From the human T2T-CHM13v2.0 reference genome, Homo sapiens, in the NCBI RefSeq assembly GCF_009914755.1, contig NC_060927.1: DNA of 64,000 bases; one strand, 5' to 3'. Numbering within the stretch: position 1 is the stretch's first letter; each line of letters opens with the position of its first letter. The notes under the pieces were generated by a model. That model was not told where the DNA came from, made no database searches, and saw nothing but the letters and a program-made list of their open reading frames with translations. This document shows, piece by piece, positions 1-12,700 of this stretch. The position numbers were made by a program, and so were the translations under genes.

Positions 1-205
1 TTCTTTCCTAAATATTTTCAACAAAGGATTTCTTTATGCATTCTGCCTAAATACCTATGCAACTGAGCCCTTCCTTCTCAGCTCAAGATTCGTCTGGTCT
101 TTCCCTACAGCTTTGTGTGTGCCATGGCCACATCTCCTGGGTACAGTTCAAGGAGACATCTTTTCTAAAAGGGTCTGCGTGATCATTAAAATATAATCAA
201 ATGTA
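1..205 (+). other. TF: Probable distal 3' UTR / poly(A) region of transferrin
   Basis: ATTAAA at 185-190 followed ~20 nt later by a GT-rich downstream element (210-240). The TF assignment rests on known gene order (TF upstream of SRPRB) and recalled sequence; no TF coding sequence is in the window. Confidence 0.5.
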
Positions 206-499
206 TACTGGTGTGTGTGTGCACGTGCGCGTGCGTGTGTCATGCTAAGGAAGGGGCAAGAAGGAGGATGCAGAGTGAGTTACAGAGATCAAGTACTCAA
301 GTGAGTACAGAAAGACTACAGAAGACTTACCTTTATTTGGTATTTTAAATGAATTCCATCAGGCTGAGGTCCTGATTCTAACTAGCTGAAAAAAGTGAAA
401 CACTGACATCTTTTTTGCTGAAAAGCATTCCCTGAGCTTGATGCCACAGCAGTTACTGCCCTGTCTCCTGCCCTTCTCAGCCCAGCTTCCTGTAAGGTG

Positions 500-1250
500 G
501 AGGCTGACTTTTCTGTCTCACTTATTATTGGCTGAACATACAGAATTTGGTCTTCTGCTTCACCAACTTACCTGAATGTACCCTGGCAAAAGTCACCGTC
601 TACCTGCCAACTGTTAAACCAATTCAGGTCTTCCATTCCTGAGCCCATTTCCTGCAGTTGATAAAGTTGACCACTCCCTCCTCCTTGGAACTCTTTTCCT
701 CAGTTTCTCTGACATGGCAGGTCTCTGCTTTGATTCCTACCTCTCTCTGTTCATTTGTAGTCTTCACTGTGGGCTCATCCTACTGGCCTGGAAACCTTAG
801 GGAAATCTTCCTGGGGTTTTCTCTTGATCTGGTCAGTGCTCCTCTCACTTTGCAGGCCCTCCTTCAGTGATGCTCATGACTCCTAGGCATCTGTATCTAT
901 AGCTGTGACCCCAGCCTCCAGCAGTATCCCTGCACTTATACATCCTACTACCTACCTGTGGGTCTATACTCGAGTCTTGCAGCAGTCAGAAACCCAACAA
1001 ATCAAAAATTGAAGTGATCATCCTGTTCTTCTCTCTCTTGCTTCCCTAAACCAACTGTTGTTATAGTATATTCCATATCAGCTGAAGACCTGGTCATCTA
1101 CCCAATCACATAAGCCATAAATAGAGGGGTGAAATTTCAGTTCGCCATTTTCCCTCACACTACATCCAGCGTCACCAAGTTCTGTTGATTTTGCTTTCTA
1201 AATAACTTCAGTTGGCTCCTTTCTTTTCCTGACTCCTAACACAGCCTCAT
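500..1250 (-). mobile_element. Degraded LINE2 (L2)-like fragment
   Basis: Pyrimidine-rich L2-like motifs such as CTCCTCCTTGGAACTCTTTTCCTC; boundaries approximate. Confidence 0.35.
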
Positions 1251-1929
1251 CTTATACTCAAATACAGAAGTGCAGATAAGGGGTATCTGGACACAACATT
1301 CCACACCTCTCTCAACTGTCTAGTATTCAAGAAAATAGGACTCTGGGTCCACTTTGCAGTCCAGACCTGATATGGACCGTTTTACACACAGCCCTGCTTT
1401 CCTCTGAGCCTATCAACGATCTGCCTTATTTAATATTAACCTAAACTTACCCCAAATCCTATAACTCTGCCTTTTCCTTTGTTTGGTGAGATACCCCATG
1501 GCTCCCCTGGGACGCAGTCTGTCTCATTGCAATGGATCAATAAACCTAATTTTATTACACTACAGGTATATTCCTGGAAGTCTTAGACAACTGGGCTAAA
1601 ACAAAAATATTCAACATCCATTCTTAATTATTAAATTAGTTACTAAAATAGGATAGACAGATGTTATTTGGCCATAATTTTATATACATGTAAACAAAAG
1701 CTAATACATACCTAATGATGAAGAAACAGAAGCATTCCTACTAAAGTTAGGAACATGAAAAAAATTGATTACTATCTATCTTATTTTACAGTGTTTTAGA
1801 ACAGGTGGCCAATCCAATTATACAAGAAAAATAAGTTATAATATTTAAAGAAATGCCAAAATTACTTTTATTTGTAAGTGATTATACACCTAGGAAATCC
1901 ATGAGAACCAAATAATAATAAAGTATTAT

Positions 1930-2548
<619 letters not shown>

Positions 2549-2919
2549 GTGGTAAAAGTGGTAAGATAAAATTCAGTAAAGTGAAAGGAAATATTAAAAT
2601 AAAAAATAACTTTCTTTTATACAAATAATAGTGAGTTAGGACAATAATAATTAACAAGAATAAATAAAATGTATCATTTAGTAAATTAATAAAAGCTACA
2701 TTTAAACCACACTTATCAAAGTAAAAAATAATGTAAAGAAGACATATTGCTTTGGATAGGAAGACTCAGTATTGTAAAGATGTCAATTCTCCCTAAATTA
2801 ATCAATATACAATTTTTTAACTTGACAAAATGATACTAATCCTCAACTAAAAAACAAAAGTGAGACAGATAAGAAAAATTCTGATGAGAGTGGAAGAGCT
2901 CTTCCAGCTGTTAAAATGT

Positions 2920-4420
2920 AATGATAAGCTCCTGAACCTTGGCCTTAGCAATGATTTTTTGGCTATCACATCAAAAGCCCAGGCCACAAAAGCAAAAATA
3001 AATAAATGGGACTACATCAAGCTGAAAAGCTTCTGCATAGCAAAGACAACAAGCAACAAAATGAAATGGCAACCTATGGATTGGAAAAAATATTTGCAAA
3101 CTATATATCTAATAAGATACAACAAATTGATAAAGAACTCATACAACTCAATAGCAGGAAAACAAATGATCCCAGTTAAAAATGGGCAAAAACCTGAAAA
3201 GACATTTCTCCAAGAAGAAAAATGGCCAAGATGGATATGAAAAGGTGTTCAACATCACTAATCATAAGGGAAATGTGAATTGAAACCATTATGAGACACT
3301 AGATAATAATAGGATGACTATTATCAAAAAGTCAAAAGATATTAATCATAAACGTGGATAAGGGTGAAGAGAACAGAAAACCTTTGTGCATTGTTGGTGA
3401 GAATGTACAGCCATTGTGGAAAACAGTATGGAGGTTTCTAAATAAACTGAAAATAGGGCTACATATGACCCAACAATCCCTCTTTAGGGGATATACACAA
3501 ATAAAATGAGATAGCCACCTTGTAGAGATAAATGTGATCCCACGTTCATTGCAGCATTGCAGCCAATATAGGGAAGCAACCTAAATGCCTGTTGAAGAAT
3601 GAATGGATAAAGAAACTGTATACACACACACACACACACAATGGAATATTATTCAGCCCTAAAAAGAATATCTTGCCATTTGCCACAACATGGATGAAAC
3701 TGGAGGATATTAAGTGAAATAAGGCAGATACAGAAAGAAAAATATTACACGATTTCACTCACATGGGGAATCTAAAGAAAACACTCAAATACAGGTATAC
3801 AGAGATAACAAAACCTGAGGTGGAGGAGGGTGGAGAGATGTAGGTCAGAGGATACAAAGCAGCAGATAGGAGGGCTAGGCGCAGTGGCTCACTCCTGTAA
3901 TCCCAGGACTTTGGGAGGCAGAGGTGGGCAGATTGCTTGAGTCCAGGAGTTTGAGACCAGCCTAGGCAACATGACAAAACCCCATCTCTGCAAAAAAAAA
4001 AAAAAAACAAAAAAAACCCCAAAAAACCAAAACAACAACAAACAAACAAGCAAACAAAACACACACACACAAAAAAAATTAGCGAGGAGTGCTGGTGCCC
4101 ACCTGTAGTCCCAGCTACTCAGGAGGATGGATTGAGCCTGGGAGGTCGAGGCTGCAGTGAGCAGTGATTTGATCGTGCCACTGCACTCCAGCCTGGGGAC
4201 AGGAGACCCCGTCTCAAACAAAACAAAACCAAGTAGCAGATATGCATGATGAACAAGCCTAGAGATCTAATGTACAACATAAGGACCACAGTATAGGTAA
4301 TAAATTCTACTTTATTTGGGATTCCTCCTTCACTGTAGTAATCTTTTTTTAACTATGTATGTATCTCATAACATGTTGTATACCTTAAATATATTCAACG
4401 AAGCTTATTTTAAAAAATGA
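2920..4420 (+). mobile_element. L1 3' portion (ORF2 end and 3' UTR, L1M-type), interrupted by an Alu
   Basis: ORF 2860-3240 contains the L1 ORF2-like stretch KAQATKAKINKWDYIKLKSFC; L1 3' UTR motifs continue on both sides of the Alu at 3873-4230. Confidence 0.85.
3873..4230 (+). mobile_element. Alu (AluJ-like) with an expanded A/CA-rich middle linker
   Basis: Alu arms separated by ~85 bp of A/CA repeats; flanked by AAGCAGCAGATA / AAGTAGCAGATA. Confidence 0.92.
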
Positions 4421-4904
4421 AATGTATAATGATGACTGGAAAGGGTGGTAGTCACATGGAAATAATGAAGCAGAATAAAAGTTCCAGATATTAAATGCAA
4501 ATGAGAATTTATTACATGATAAAGCTGGCATTATACTCGGGGGGGACAGATAGGCTACTCACTGAAGTGTTTAGAAGCAGAGTAGCTGAAAATTTTGGCG
4601 CAGAAGAAAATCTCGTGGACCTCCAACTTACCGGTTAAAGTAAAAACTTTCGAAACGTATAAAGGTTTAAATATAAAATTAAAATCGTAAAAACAATTAC
4701 TATGTTAACATATTTCTTATATAGTACTTAGATTTTCCAACATTCCACAAACCTAGTAGCAATTAAGGAAAATATTAATTTCAGATCATATAAAATTCAG
4801 AAGTCCTGTAAGACAAAAATAGACAAATAAAATGTGAAGATTTTTAAGAAAGAACAAAGGGCTAATCTATATTTTGAAATCAGTATAAAAAGACGAACAG
4901 AATT

Positions 4905-5480
4905 TGAGATGTGAGCGCGGACAGCTCTGCTGGGCCCTCCAGGCCCTCCGCCCGGTAGAACCCGGAGCCCTGGCCGCGGCTGCCCCACCGGGCCCATTTC
5001 TTGAAGCAGCGGCGAACCACTTTTCCTCCCCGACCTGCCGGCTGCAGGGTCTCCCCGCCCAACCCTGCCAGGCTCAGACGAAGCTTCTGCTGAGCCGCCT
5101 GGACGCAGCGCCCCTGGGTGGCGGCAGGTATAGCAGGGCGGGAAGCAGGGAGGCGGCCCCAACGCCGCGGAGGCCACCAGCGGGTGCAGAGGGCCAGGAA
5201 AGCTGGTCTGCGCGCGGCTCAGCTGCCTCCGTAGGCCATGGAGCCGAGCAGATCCGGGTCTTCGGGTGGCCGCAATGTCCCAAGTGGACGACACCCACCT
5301 AGTCCCGAGGACAACCGACAAAGTCCTTAATGGGCCCAGAAGGTGAGGGGAGTCCGGCAATGAGGGGTGGTAGGGTTAGCGGCCATCGCCCAGCTCGTCT
5401 TCCTTCTACCAGACGCTGGTGCTGGAAAAGAGAAGTGTAAGAATAACTTGCGCCATTAGGCCCATCGGAAAGGCCCACCA
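4905..5480 (+). promoter_or_regulatory. CpG-rich island (5' end of the NORAD retrocopy), candidate promoter / alternative first exon
   Basis: Dense CpGs in an otherwise CpG-poor region; strong donor AAG|GTGAGG at 5342/5343. Confidence 0.6.
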
Positions 5481-5668
5481 CCCTTTAGGAAGATTACTGG
5501 CTGTTTATAGAAGGCCCGTGTATATCCTATGAAGAAGCTGCTCTCAACTTCCCCCCCAGCCTTTTAAAAGAAAACATTTGCTACATCGAGCCGTTCTAGG
5601 TGTAAAGAGGTTGTGACTTATGATAGAGTTAGAAAATCACACATCTTGTAAATTCCCATTTGTTAAAA

Positions 5669-5669
5669 A

Positions 5670-5706
<37 letters not shown>
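5669..5706 (+). repeat. (AAT)n microsatellite
   Basis: About 12 AAT units. Confidence 0.95.
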
Positions 5707-5811
5707 GGACATAAATGGCTTCTGGAGATGACTTTTTGCAATGAAGTTGTTAGACCACCTCTGGAAGTGACAGCAGGAGCCACACATCCACGTTTATTAA
5801 GTGAGTTAGAG

Positions 5812-5980
5812 CAGGAGTCCCCAACCCCTGGATCTAGGTTGCACGCTCCTTATGAGACTCTAATAATGCCTGATGATCTGAGGTGGAACAGTTTCATCCT
5901 GAAACCATGCCCCTACCTTCCATGGAAAAATTGCCTTCCGTGAAACCATTCCCTGGTGCCAAAGAGGTTGGGGACCACTG
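5812..5980 (+). mobile_element. MER1-type hAT-Charlie DNA transposon (internally deleted)
   Basis: Termini CAGGAGTCCCCAACC...GGTTGGGGACCACTG; 8-bp TSD AGTTAGAG (5804-5811) / GGTTAGAG (5981-5988). Confidence 0.85.
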
Positions 5981-6136
5981 GGTTAGAGGACATGGGGCAG
6001 AAGACCTGAGAAGGAAGAGAGGACAGTTCTGTGCCACACTGGTCATATTTAGAAGACATTTTCATATTCCAACCATTGTTCTGTGTGTGCATTTTATTTC
6101 TCACGACTGTATATGTAGTTAACAATACTATTTTTT

Positions 6137-7438
6137 AGGGAGGTGGGGGGGTCAGCCCCCCGCCTGGCCAGCCGCCCCGTCCGGGAGGGAGGTGGGGGGG
6201 TCAGCCCCCCGCCCGGCCAGCCGCCCCGTCTGGGAGGTGAGGGGCGCCTCTGCCCGGCCGCCCCTACTGGGAAGTGAGGAGCCCCTCTGCCAGGCCAGCC
6301 GCCCCGTCCGGGAGGGAGGTGGGGGGGTCAGCCCCCCGCCCGGCCAGCCGCCCTGTCCGGGAGGGAGGTGGGGGGGTCAGCCCTCCGCCCGGCCAGCCGC
6401 CCCGTCTGGGAGGTGAGGGGCGCCTCTGCCCGGCCGCCCCTACTGGGAAGTGAGGAGCCCCTCTGCCCGGCCAGCCGCCCCGTCCGGGAGGGAGGTGGGG
6501 GGGTCGGCCCCCCGCCCGACCAGCCGCCCCATCCGGGAGGGAGGTGGGGGGGTCAGCCCCCCGCCCGGCCAGCCGCCCTGTCCGGGAGGGAGGTGGGGGT
6601 GTCAGCCCCACGCCCGGCCAGCCGCCTCGTCCGGGAGGGAGGTGGGGGGGTCAGCCCCCCGCCCGGCCAGCCGCCCCGTCCGGGAGGGAGGTGGGGGGGG
6701 TCAGCCCCCCTGCCCGGCCAGTGGCCCCGTCCGGGAGGTGAGGGGCGCCTCTGCCCGGCTGCCCCTACTGGGAAGTGAGGAGCCCCTCTGCCCGGCCAGC
6801 CGCCCCGTCCGGGAGGGAGGTGGGGGGGGTCAGCCCCCCCCGCCCGGCCAGCCGCCCTGTCCGGGAGGTGAGGGGCGCCTCTGCCCAGCCACCACCCGGT
6901 CTGGGAGGTGTGCCCAACAGCTCATTGAGAACGGGCCAGGATGACAATGGCGGCCTTGTGGAATAGAAAGGCGGGAAAGGCGGGGAAAAGATTGAGAAAT
7001 CGGATGGTTGCCGTGTCTGTGTAGAAAGAAGTAGACATGGGAGACTTTTCATTTTGTTCTGCACTAAGAAAAATTCCTCTGTCTTGGGATCCTGTTGATC
7101 TGTGACCTTACCCCCAACCCTGTGCTCTCTGAAACATGTGCTGTGTCCACTCAGGGTTAAATGGATTAAGGGCGGTGCAAGATGTGCTTTGTTAAACAGA
7201 TGCTTGAAGGCAGCATGCTCGTTAAGAGTCATCGCCAATCCCTAATCTCAAGTAATCAGGGACACAAACACTGCGGAAGGCCGCAGGGTCCTCTGCCTAG
7301 GAAAACCAGAGACCTTTGTTCACTTGTTTATCTGCTGACCTTCCCTCCACTATTGTCCCATGACCCTGCCAAATCCCCCTCTGTGAGAAACACCCAAGAA
7401 TTATCAATAAAAAAATAAATTAAAAAAAAAAAAAAAAA
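6137..7438 (+). mobile_element. 5'-truncated SVA retrotransposon (young, D-F type)
   Basis: GC-rich VNTR (6137-~6890), SINE-R, AATAAA at 7406, poly(A); perfect 16-bp TSD AACAATACTATTTTTT (6121-6136 / 7439-7454). Confidence 0.97.
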
Positions 7439-9288
7439 AACAATACTATTTTTTGAACTATCTACCCTTTCTAGATGTTCTGAAATGCCTATGTTAAAAT
7501 TAGAGATAGTAAAATAACACATTTTGTAAATCTTTTTGTTAAAATTCATATGTAATGTTGTTTTGGTTGGGGGGGGTGGCCAAACCACCTGTTAATAATA
7601 CACATTGTGTTTGTGCACTGGTTCAGGGGAGGAGAGAGGAAAGGAAGTGTAAGAGCTCTATGCCAATGTGCTTATAGTGAGGCAAGGTTAACCATTGTCT
7701 CATGCCTGGGCATTTTGTTTTACTTATCTGGGTATATTGTGGATCTAAAGGACAAATGAGTCCTGACTTTACATCTAGTCTTTCTAGATGTTAAAGAGGT
7801 TGCTAGTGTATGACAAAAGTAGTTAGTAAACTAATATATTTTGTACATTTCGTTTTAAGATTCCCAGGAAAGACAGTCTTCTGAAAATTTGAGCATTATT
7901 GCCCAGTGGGTTGATGGAGATGGGAAGGTGTAGGCCAGAATGTTCATACTTGGAAGACTCAGTCATAACTGTTTTTACATGTGTTCACTTTATTCAAGAC
8001 TTCTGTGCATATAGTGGACGAATTAACTTCTTACCTGAAACATCTTATCTATGTAGATGTTCAGAATTGCCTGATGTATGTTAAGTGTAGAGGTAGTAAA
8101 ATATCACCTTGTAAATATCTTTTTGCTAAAATTCTTGGGAAGTACTGTCTTTTGGAAGTGGAATTGTGAAGCCACCTCTGTAAGCAGTATAGTACTGTCT
8201 ATACTTGTTCAATGGTTTAGAAATGGGAGGGAAGAAATTGCCAAAGGTAATATGCTAGTGTGTTCATACTTGGACATTTCACTTGCCATTTTTCTGTCTG
8301 TTTTGTGCATTTTGTTTTGCTGTGTATGTAGAGTACATAATGGACAAATGAGTCCTAATTTTGCAACATTTGGTCTCTAGATGTTTAAGAAGTTGCCAGT
8401 GTATGACAAAGTATCTAGTAAAATTAGCACATTTTGCACACTTTGTATTGAAATTCATAGGAAAGCTTGTCTTCTGTAAATGATTTTTGGGTATGAATTT
8501 GTTCAGCCATCTCTAAGCGTTACACATGCCTGTACCTGTCCACTGGATTGAAGACAGAGAGAAGGGAGTGAGGAAGGACTGGTTCAAGGTCAAAATTGTC
8601 ATATTTAGAAGATACCTCCGATTATAGCCACTGATACATGTGCAATTTTATTTTACAGTGCTATGTACACAGTGGAAAGTTATATGAAATATCTGGTCTC
8701 TCTAGATAGTTAGAAATGCTTGATGTATTTAAAAGTAGAAATAGTATAATAACACTTTTTGTAAATAGCTTTTAAAAACTGATGGGAAATACTGTGTTTG
8801 CAAGTGGGATTGTTAAATCACCTCTGTGAACAGTGTTACTTGTTCATTCAGTTGAGGAAGGTGAGAGGGAAGAAATTACAAAAGATGTTTTGCTATTGTG
8901 TACTAGAAAATTTCAGTTTATCCATTGCCTTATATGTTAAATGCATTGCAAGTAACTTTGCTATACTACATATTGTGTTATATACTGGAAAAATGAGTCC
9001 TAATTTTAAAATATCCACTCTCTAGATACTAAAGAGGTTGCCAATGTATGACAAAAATAGTAAAGTAACACATTTTGTACACTTTGTGTTAACGTTTATA
9101 AAAAGACTATCTTCTGAAAACGACTTTTGGAAGTGAAATGATAACATCAACCCTAAGTGACACATGGGCCCATATCCACCAGGTTGGTGGTGCAGAGGAG
9201 CTGGAAGAAATGAAGGATTCTAGATCAGAATATTCCTATTTAGAAGACAGTTTAAGATAAACCATGTGTGTAGTTTATTCAACCCTAC

Positions 9289-9755
9289 TGATGCAAGAGA
9301 ATAGGGTCTGGAGGCAGGAAACATAAAGCAGATTCATGCAGACTTCCTAGAAATAAATGAAATGGAAACACATCAGCTATGACAGGACATATACTCTCCA
9401 ACAGAGTAAATGACTTTGTAACTTTATTTCATCCTCTCCATTTACATAGGGCGTACATCAAGTAAATGACTAGGGTGTATACTAAGTAAATGACTTTGTA
9501 ACTTTATTTCATCCTCTTCATTTACATAAGGCATATACCAAGTAACCAATGGAAACCTTGAGAGGGTATTTAAACCCGAGAAAATTCTGTAACTGGGCTC
9601 TTGAGCCCCTAAGCACAGGCCTTCTCCCACCCTGTGGAGCGTACTTTCATTTCATAAATCTCTGCTTTTGTTGTTTCATTCTTTCCTTGCTTTGTGTGTT
9701 TTGTCCAATTCTTGGTTCAATATGCCCAGAACCTGGACACCCTCCACTGGTAACA
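9289..9755 (+). mobile_element. 5' LTR of the provirus
   Basis: TGATGCAAGAGAATAGGGTCTGG...CTCCACTGGTAACA, with internal tandem AGTAAATGACTTTGTAAC repeats. Confidence 0.92.
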
Positions 9756-12700
9756 TATTTTGGCAAGGCAGCCAGGAGGTAAGCCCAAAGTTTGGGATTT
9801 TTCATCTTTTCTTTTCCACTCCATACAGGGGAATCTCTCCCTCTGTCTCTTTTTCCTTTCCAACTCGGGACCCTTGGTGGGCAGCGCCTAAACACGGAGG
9901 CAACCGCAGGTTTCTGGGTGGGGCCATCCTGAAGGACTTTTTTCTATCTTTTCTGGTTGTGGTCCCTGATTCCTATGTGTGGCGCAGCTCAGGGCAAACT
10001 TGCAGCTCAGGGTGAACTTGCATGTGTTTCAGGCGACGGAAACCCTACTTGACTGGCTAAGGACAAAAGAAGCCTACTCAGCTTCCATTTCCTATCATTA
10101 CAGTTCATGGCTATCATGCTAGTGGAACAGGAAGCATGGGATAATGTGGCCTTATCAAATTATAAGGATGCTAAACGCCAGTGATTACACCCAGGAACCA
10201 AAGGACAGCTCACAATTGCCTCTGGAGGGAAAATATGCAAAGCGGCACTGGTGCCCACGTAAGGTCAGAGATGCCTGACACTCTTAAGACTGGACCCCAA
10301 AGGGGGATTCCCCAGGGGATCCTCCAGACTTCAACCTCTCCAAAGGGGATGCCCTTGGCAGCAGTTCTAAGGACTAGTACTAAGCCCTCCTTAGAATTTT
10401 CTCTTGCAGTTGCAATACTGTTTGGCCCCAATATGGTTTGGATTCTGGCATTTGCTGTTGAATGGGAAAGCGGGATGCAGTTGCATGTATCCAGGCTTTG
10501 GTGCTGCTGTTCTAAGCAGGGGCAGGCCTAGTTATTATGTGATGTTCTCCTTTGGTGCTGTTTGACCCCAGTGTTCTTTCGAGTCTGGGGAGGTTTGGCC
10601 TTTAAAAATCAAACTGCCATGGAAATTGCTTTACCTGAAATAATAGTTCACAGCCTTCATTGGATTGCTTATTGGGTACACAAAGTAAAATTGGCAAGCT
10701 TGTATTGCTATCTCATGGTTAGGGTTCCAAGGTAAAAGCTATTGAATCTTCATTTGTGTGTGTGTATACACATGTCTAGATGTGTTTATTTGCACATTTG
10801 TTATATGTTGTGTTTTGGCATATAAGTAAAAGAGCACTCATAAATTAAGTAAATAAGTCGAAGCAATTTTCAAGTTCACATGACTTAAGTATAACTTTCC
10901 TAAACAGGCTAGTTTTAAAATTATTGGTGAAGTAAAAATAGAAATGCCTTCAGAATTGTCAGCATATATTTTTGTCTGGGTTTTATATTTGTCTCTGCTA
11001 GATATTTTGAGGTGTTAGGGTTTGGCATAGAAGGTTATAAAACTATAAACCCAGCCAAAACAAAACGATCTCGTTTGCGTTTTTTTTTTTTTTTTTTTTT
11101 TTTTTTTGACAAATGAGCATAATTTAATGTTAGCTAAATCTTCTGGGTTACTGGCAAAAATACGTATGTATTAACTTTGAGGCTCTTACTTAGGTTTAAG
11201 TGCACACCTGGCTATTCAAAATGTGGTTAACAGGGAAATAACTGACTTTAAAAGATAGTGTCTAACATTTCGGTTTACAGAGGTAATCTAGATAAACTGT
11301 TAAAAGTGAAACAATTGAGTACAGTGAATGGGACAAATGTTTTAGATAAGCTTTTTGTGTAAAGTCTTAAAATCATTTTTGATGCTCATTTAAGATCTGG
11401 GCCATTTCCAATTAGAAAGGTTGTGATATGGGGAAATATGTTTCTAAAATTGTGGAATTGTTCTTAACTATAAATTCCCATATCTGATAGTTCAGGATTT
11501 CTAGCTTTTTAGCGTTTCACTAAAGTTTTAGGTTACTAAGGATAAGAATTCTAGTTAACACATAATTCTGTATACAAAACATGCCAGAAAGTTTGTGTTA
11601 TTAGTGAGAAAAAGAATAATTTAGAAGTTATCTAAAAGTTAGTTCAAATTACAGATTTGAAAAGGTTACTTATGAAACAATGTAGTAAGGAACCAGTAAG
11701 TAGAGGAGAACGATATGGAAAAAGTTTAGATAATAAAATATTCTTTAAAACCTGATAGAGAATTGGAGATATTTGGCTAATTAACATTTTCATAGTGAAA
11801 GCTGTTAGTCTTGATAAAAGTAAAATAAGCATTGTAAAGAAATGCATCGGCAGTTTGGCAATTCCTTTTTACTATAGTTAAGCATGAAGCCGGATTTGGT
11901 GTGGAGCCAAATTTCACATACATGCTTGCATTGCTTCACACTGTTTACTGTTTTGTGTGGATAGTGCTGGCACTGGAGTACTTATTGGTTATGTGCCTAT
12001 AGTGTATTTCTTGATTGCACAGGATGTATGGTGATATTGGTGAACTTAAGGATACTGAATTGTGTATCAGGAACAAAATATTCATTATGTGGGTTTTGGG
12101 GGGCCCTAGGTAAACACTGTAGCCTCCAGGGTAGATTGAGAAGGAAAAATTTAGGGTTGGGTTCCTATTTGTTTTTGCTTCTAATTTTCATTTGTTTGCC
12201 ATTTATTCTCCTCTGGCTTTGCTTGTGTATGCACATATAAAATCATATATATTTTTTTTAAATTTCTAGTGGAAGGCTTTTATTTGGTTCTGTGAATAGT
12301 TATTTTGTTCCCTATGCATTTCTAGCAAGTCATCATTTGTTCCATTTATCTGGAATTCCTAGGCTACCTTTGTCAGGCTGGCAGGAATTGATGGAGCACA
12401 CCAGCTTTTTAACCTTGAACTAACTCAAATTCTGTTTATGATACTTTAAGTGTGTTGAGTATATTTTCATAAACAGAATTTGAGTCATATTTCTCTGTCT
12501 GCCCATTTTCTCCAAAATTCGTAAACTATTTGTGAATATTCTTAATTCATGGCAATGTGTTTGTTTGCATATAGTCAAGCAGGGTTCCTAGGGCTGCTTT
12601 GGGAGACAGAACCCAGAAACCTGGCATACTGGCAAAAGGGTAAGAATTTCTTACCAGCCAGACTCTGGTCTCTGTCTCTCTGTGCAAACTGCATAAATGA

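Noticed and set aside
1330-1600. LTR-like remnant with AATAAA
   Set aside because: Family and boundaries could not be supported by eye.
4797-5360. 187-aa and 132-aa ORFs over the CpG island
   Set aside because: GC-rich stop-poor sequence from the NORAD-like 5' end, non-ATG starts, no recognisable domain.
6192-7418. Many overlapping Pro/Gly/Arg-rich ORFs
   Set aside because: Products of the SVA VNTR and SINE-R, not genes.
7455-9288. Recurring ~300-nt units that could suggest a novel satellite or CRISPR-like array
   Set aside because: Diverged units without unique spacers; explained by NORAD's internal repeats.
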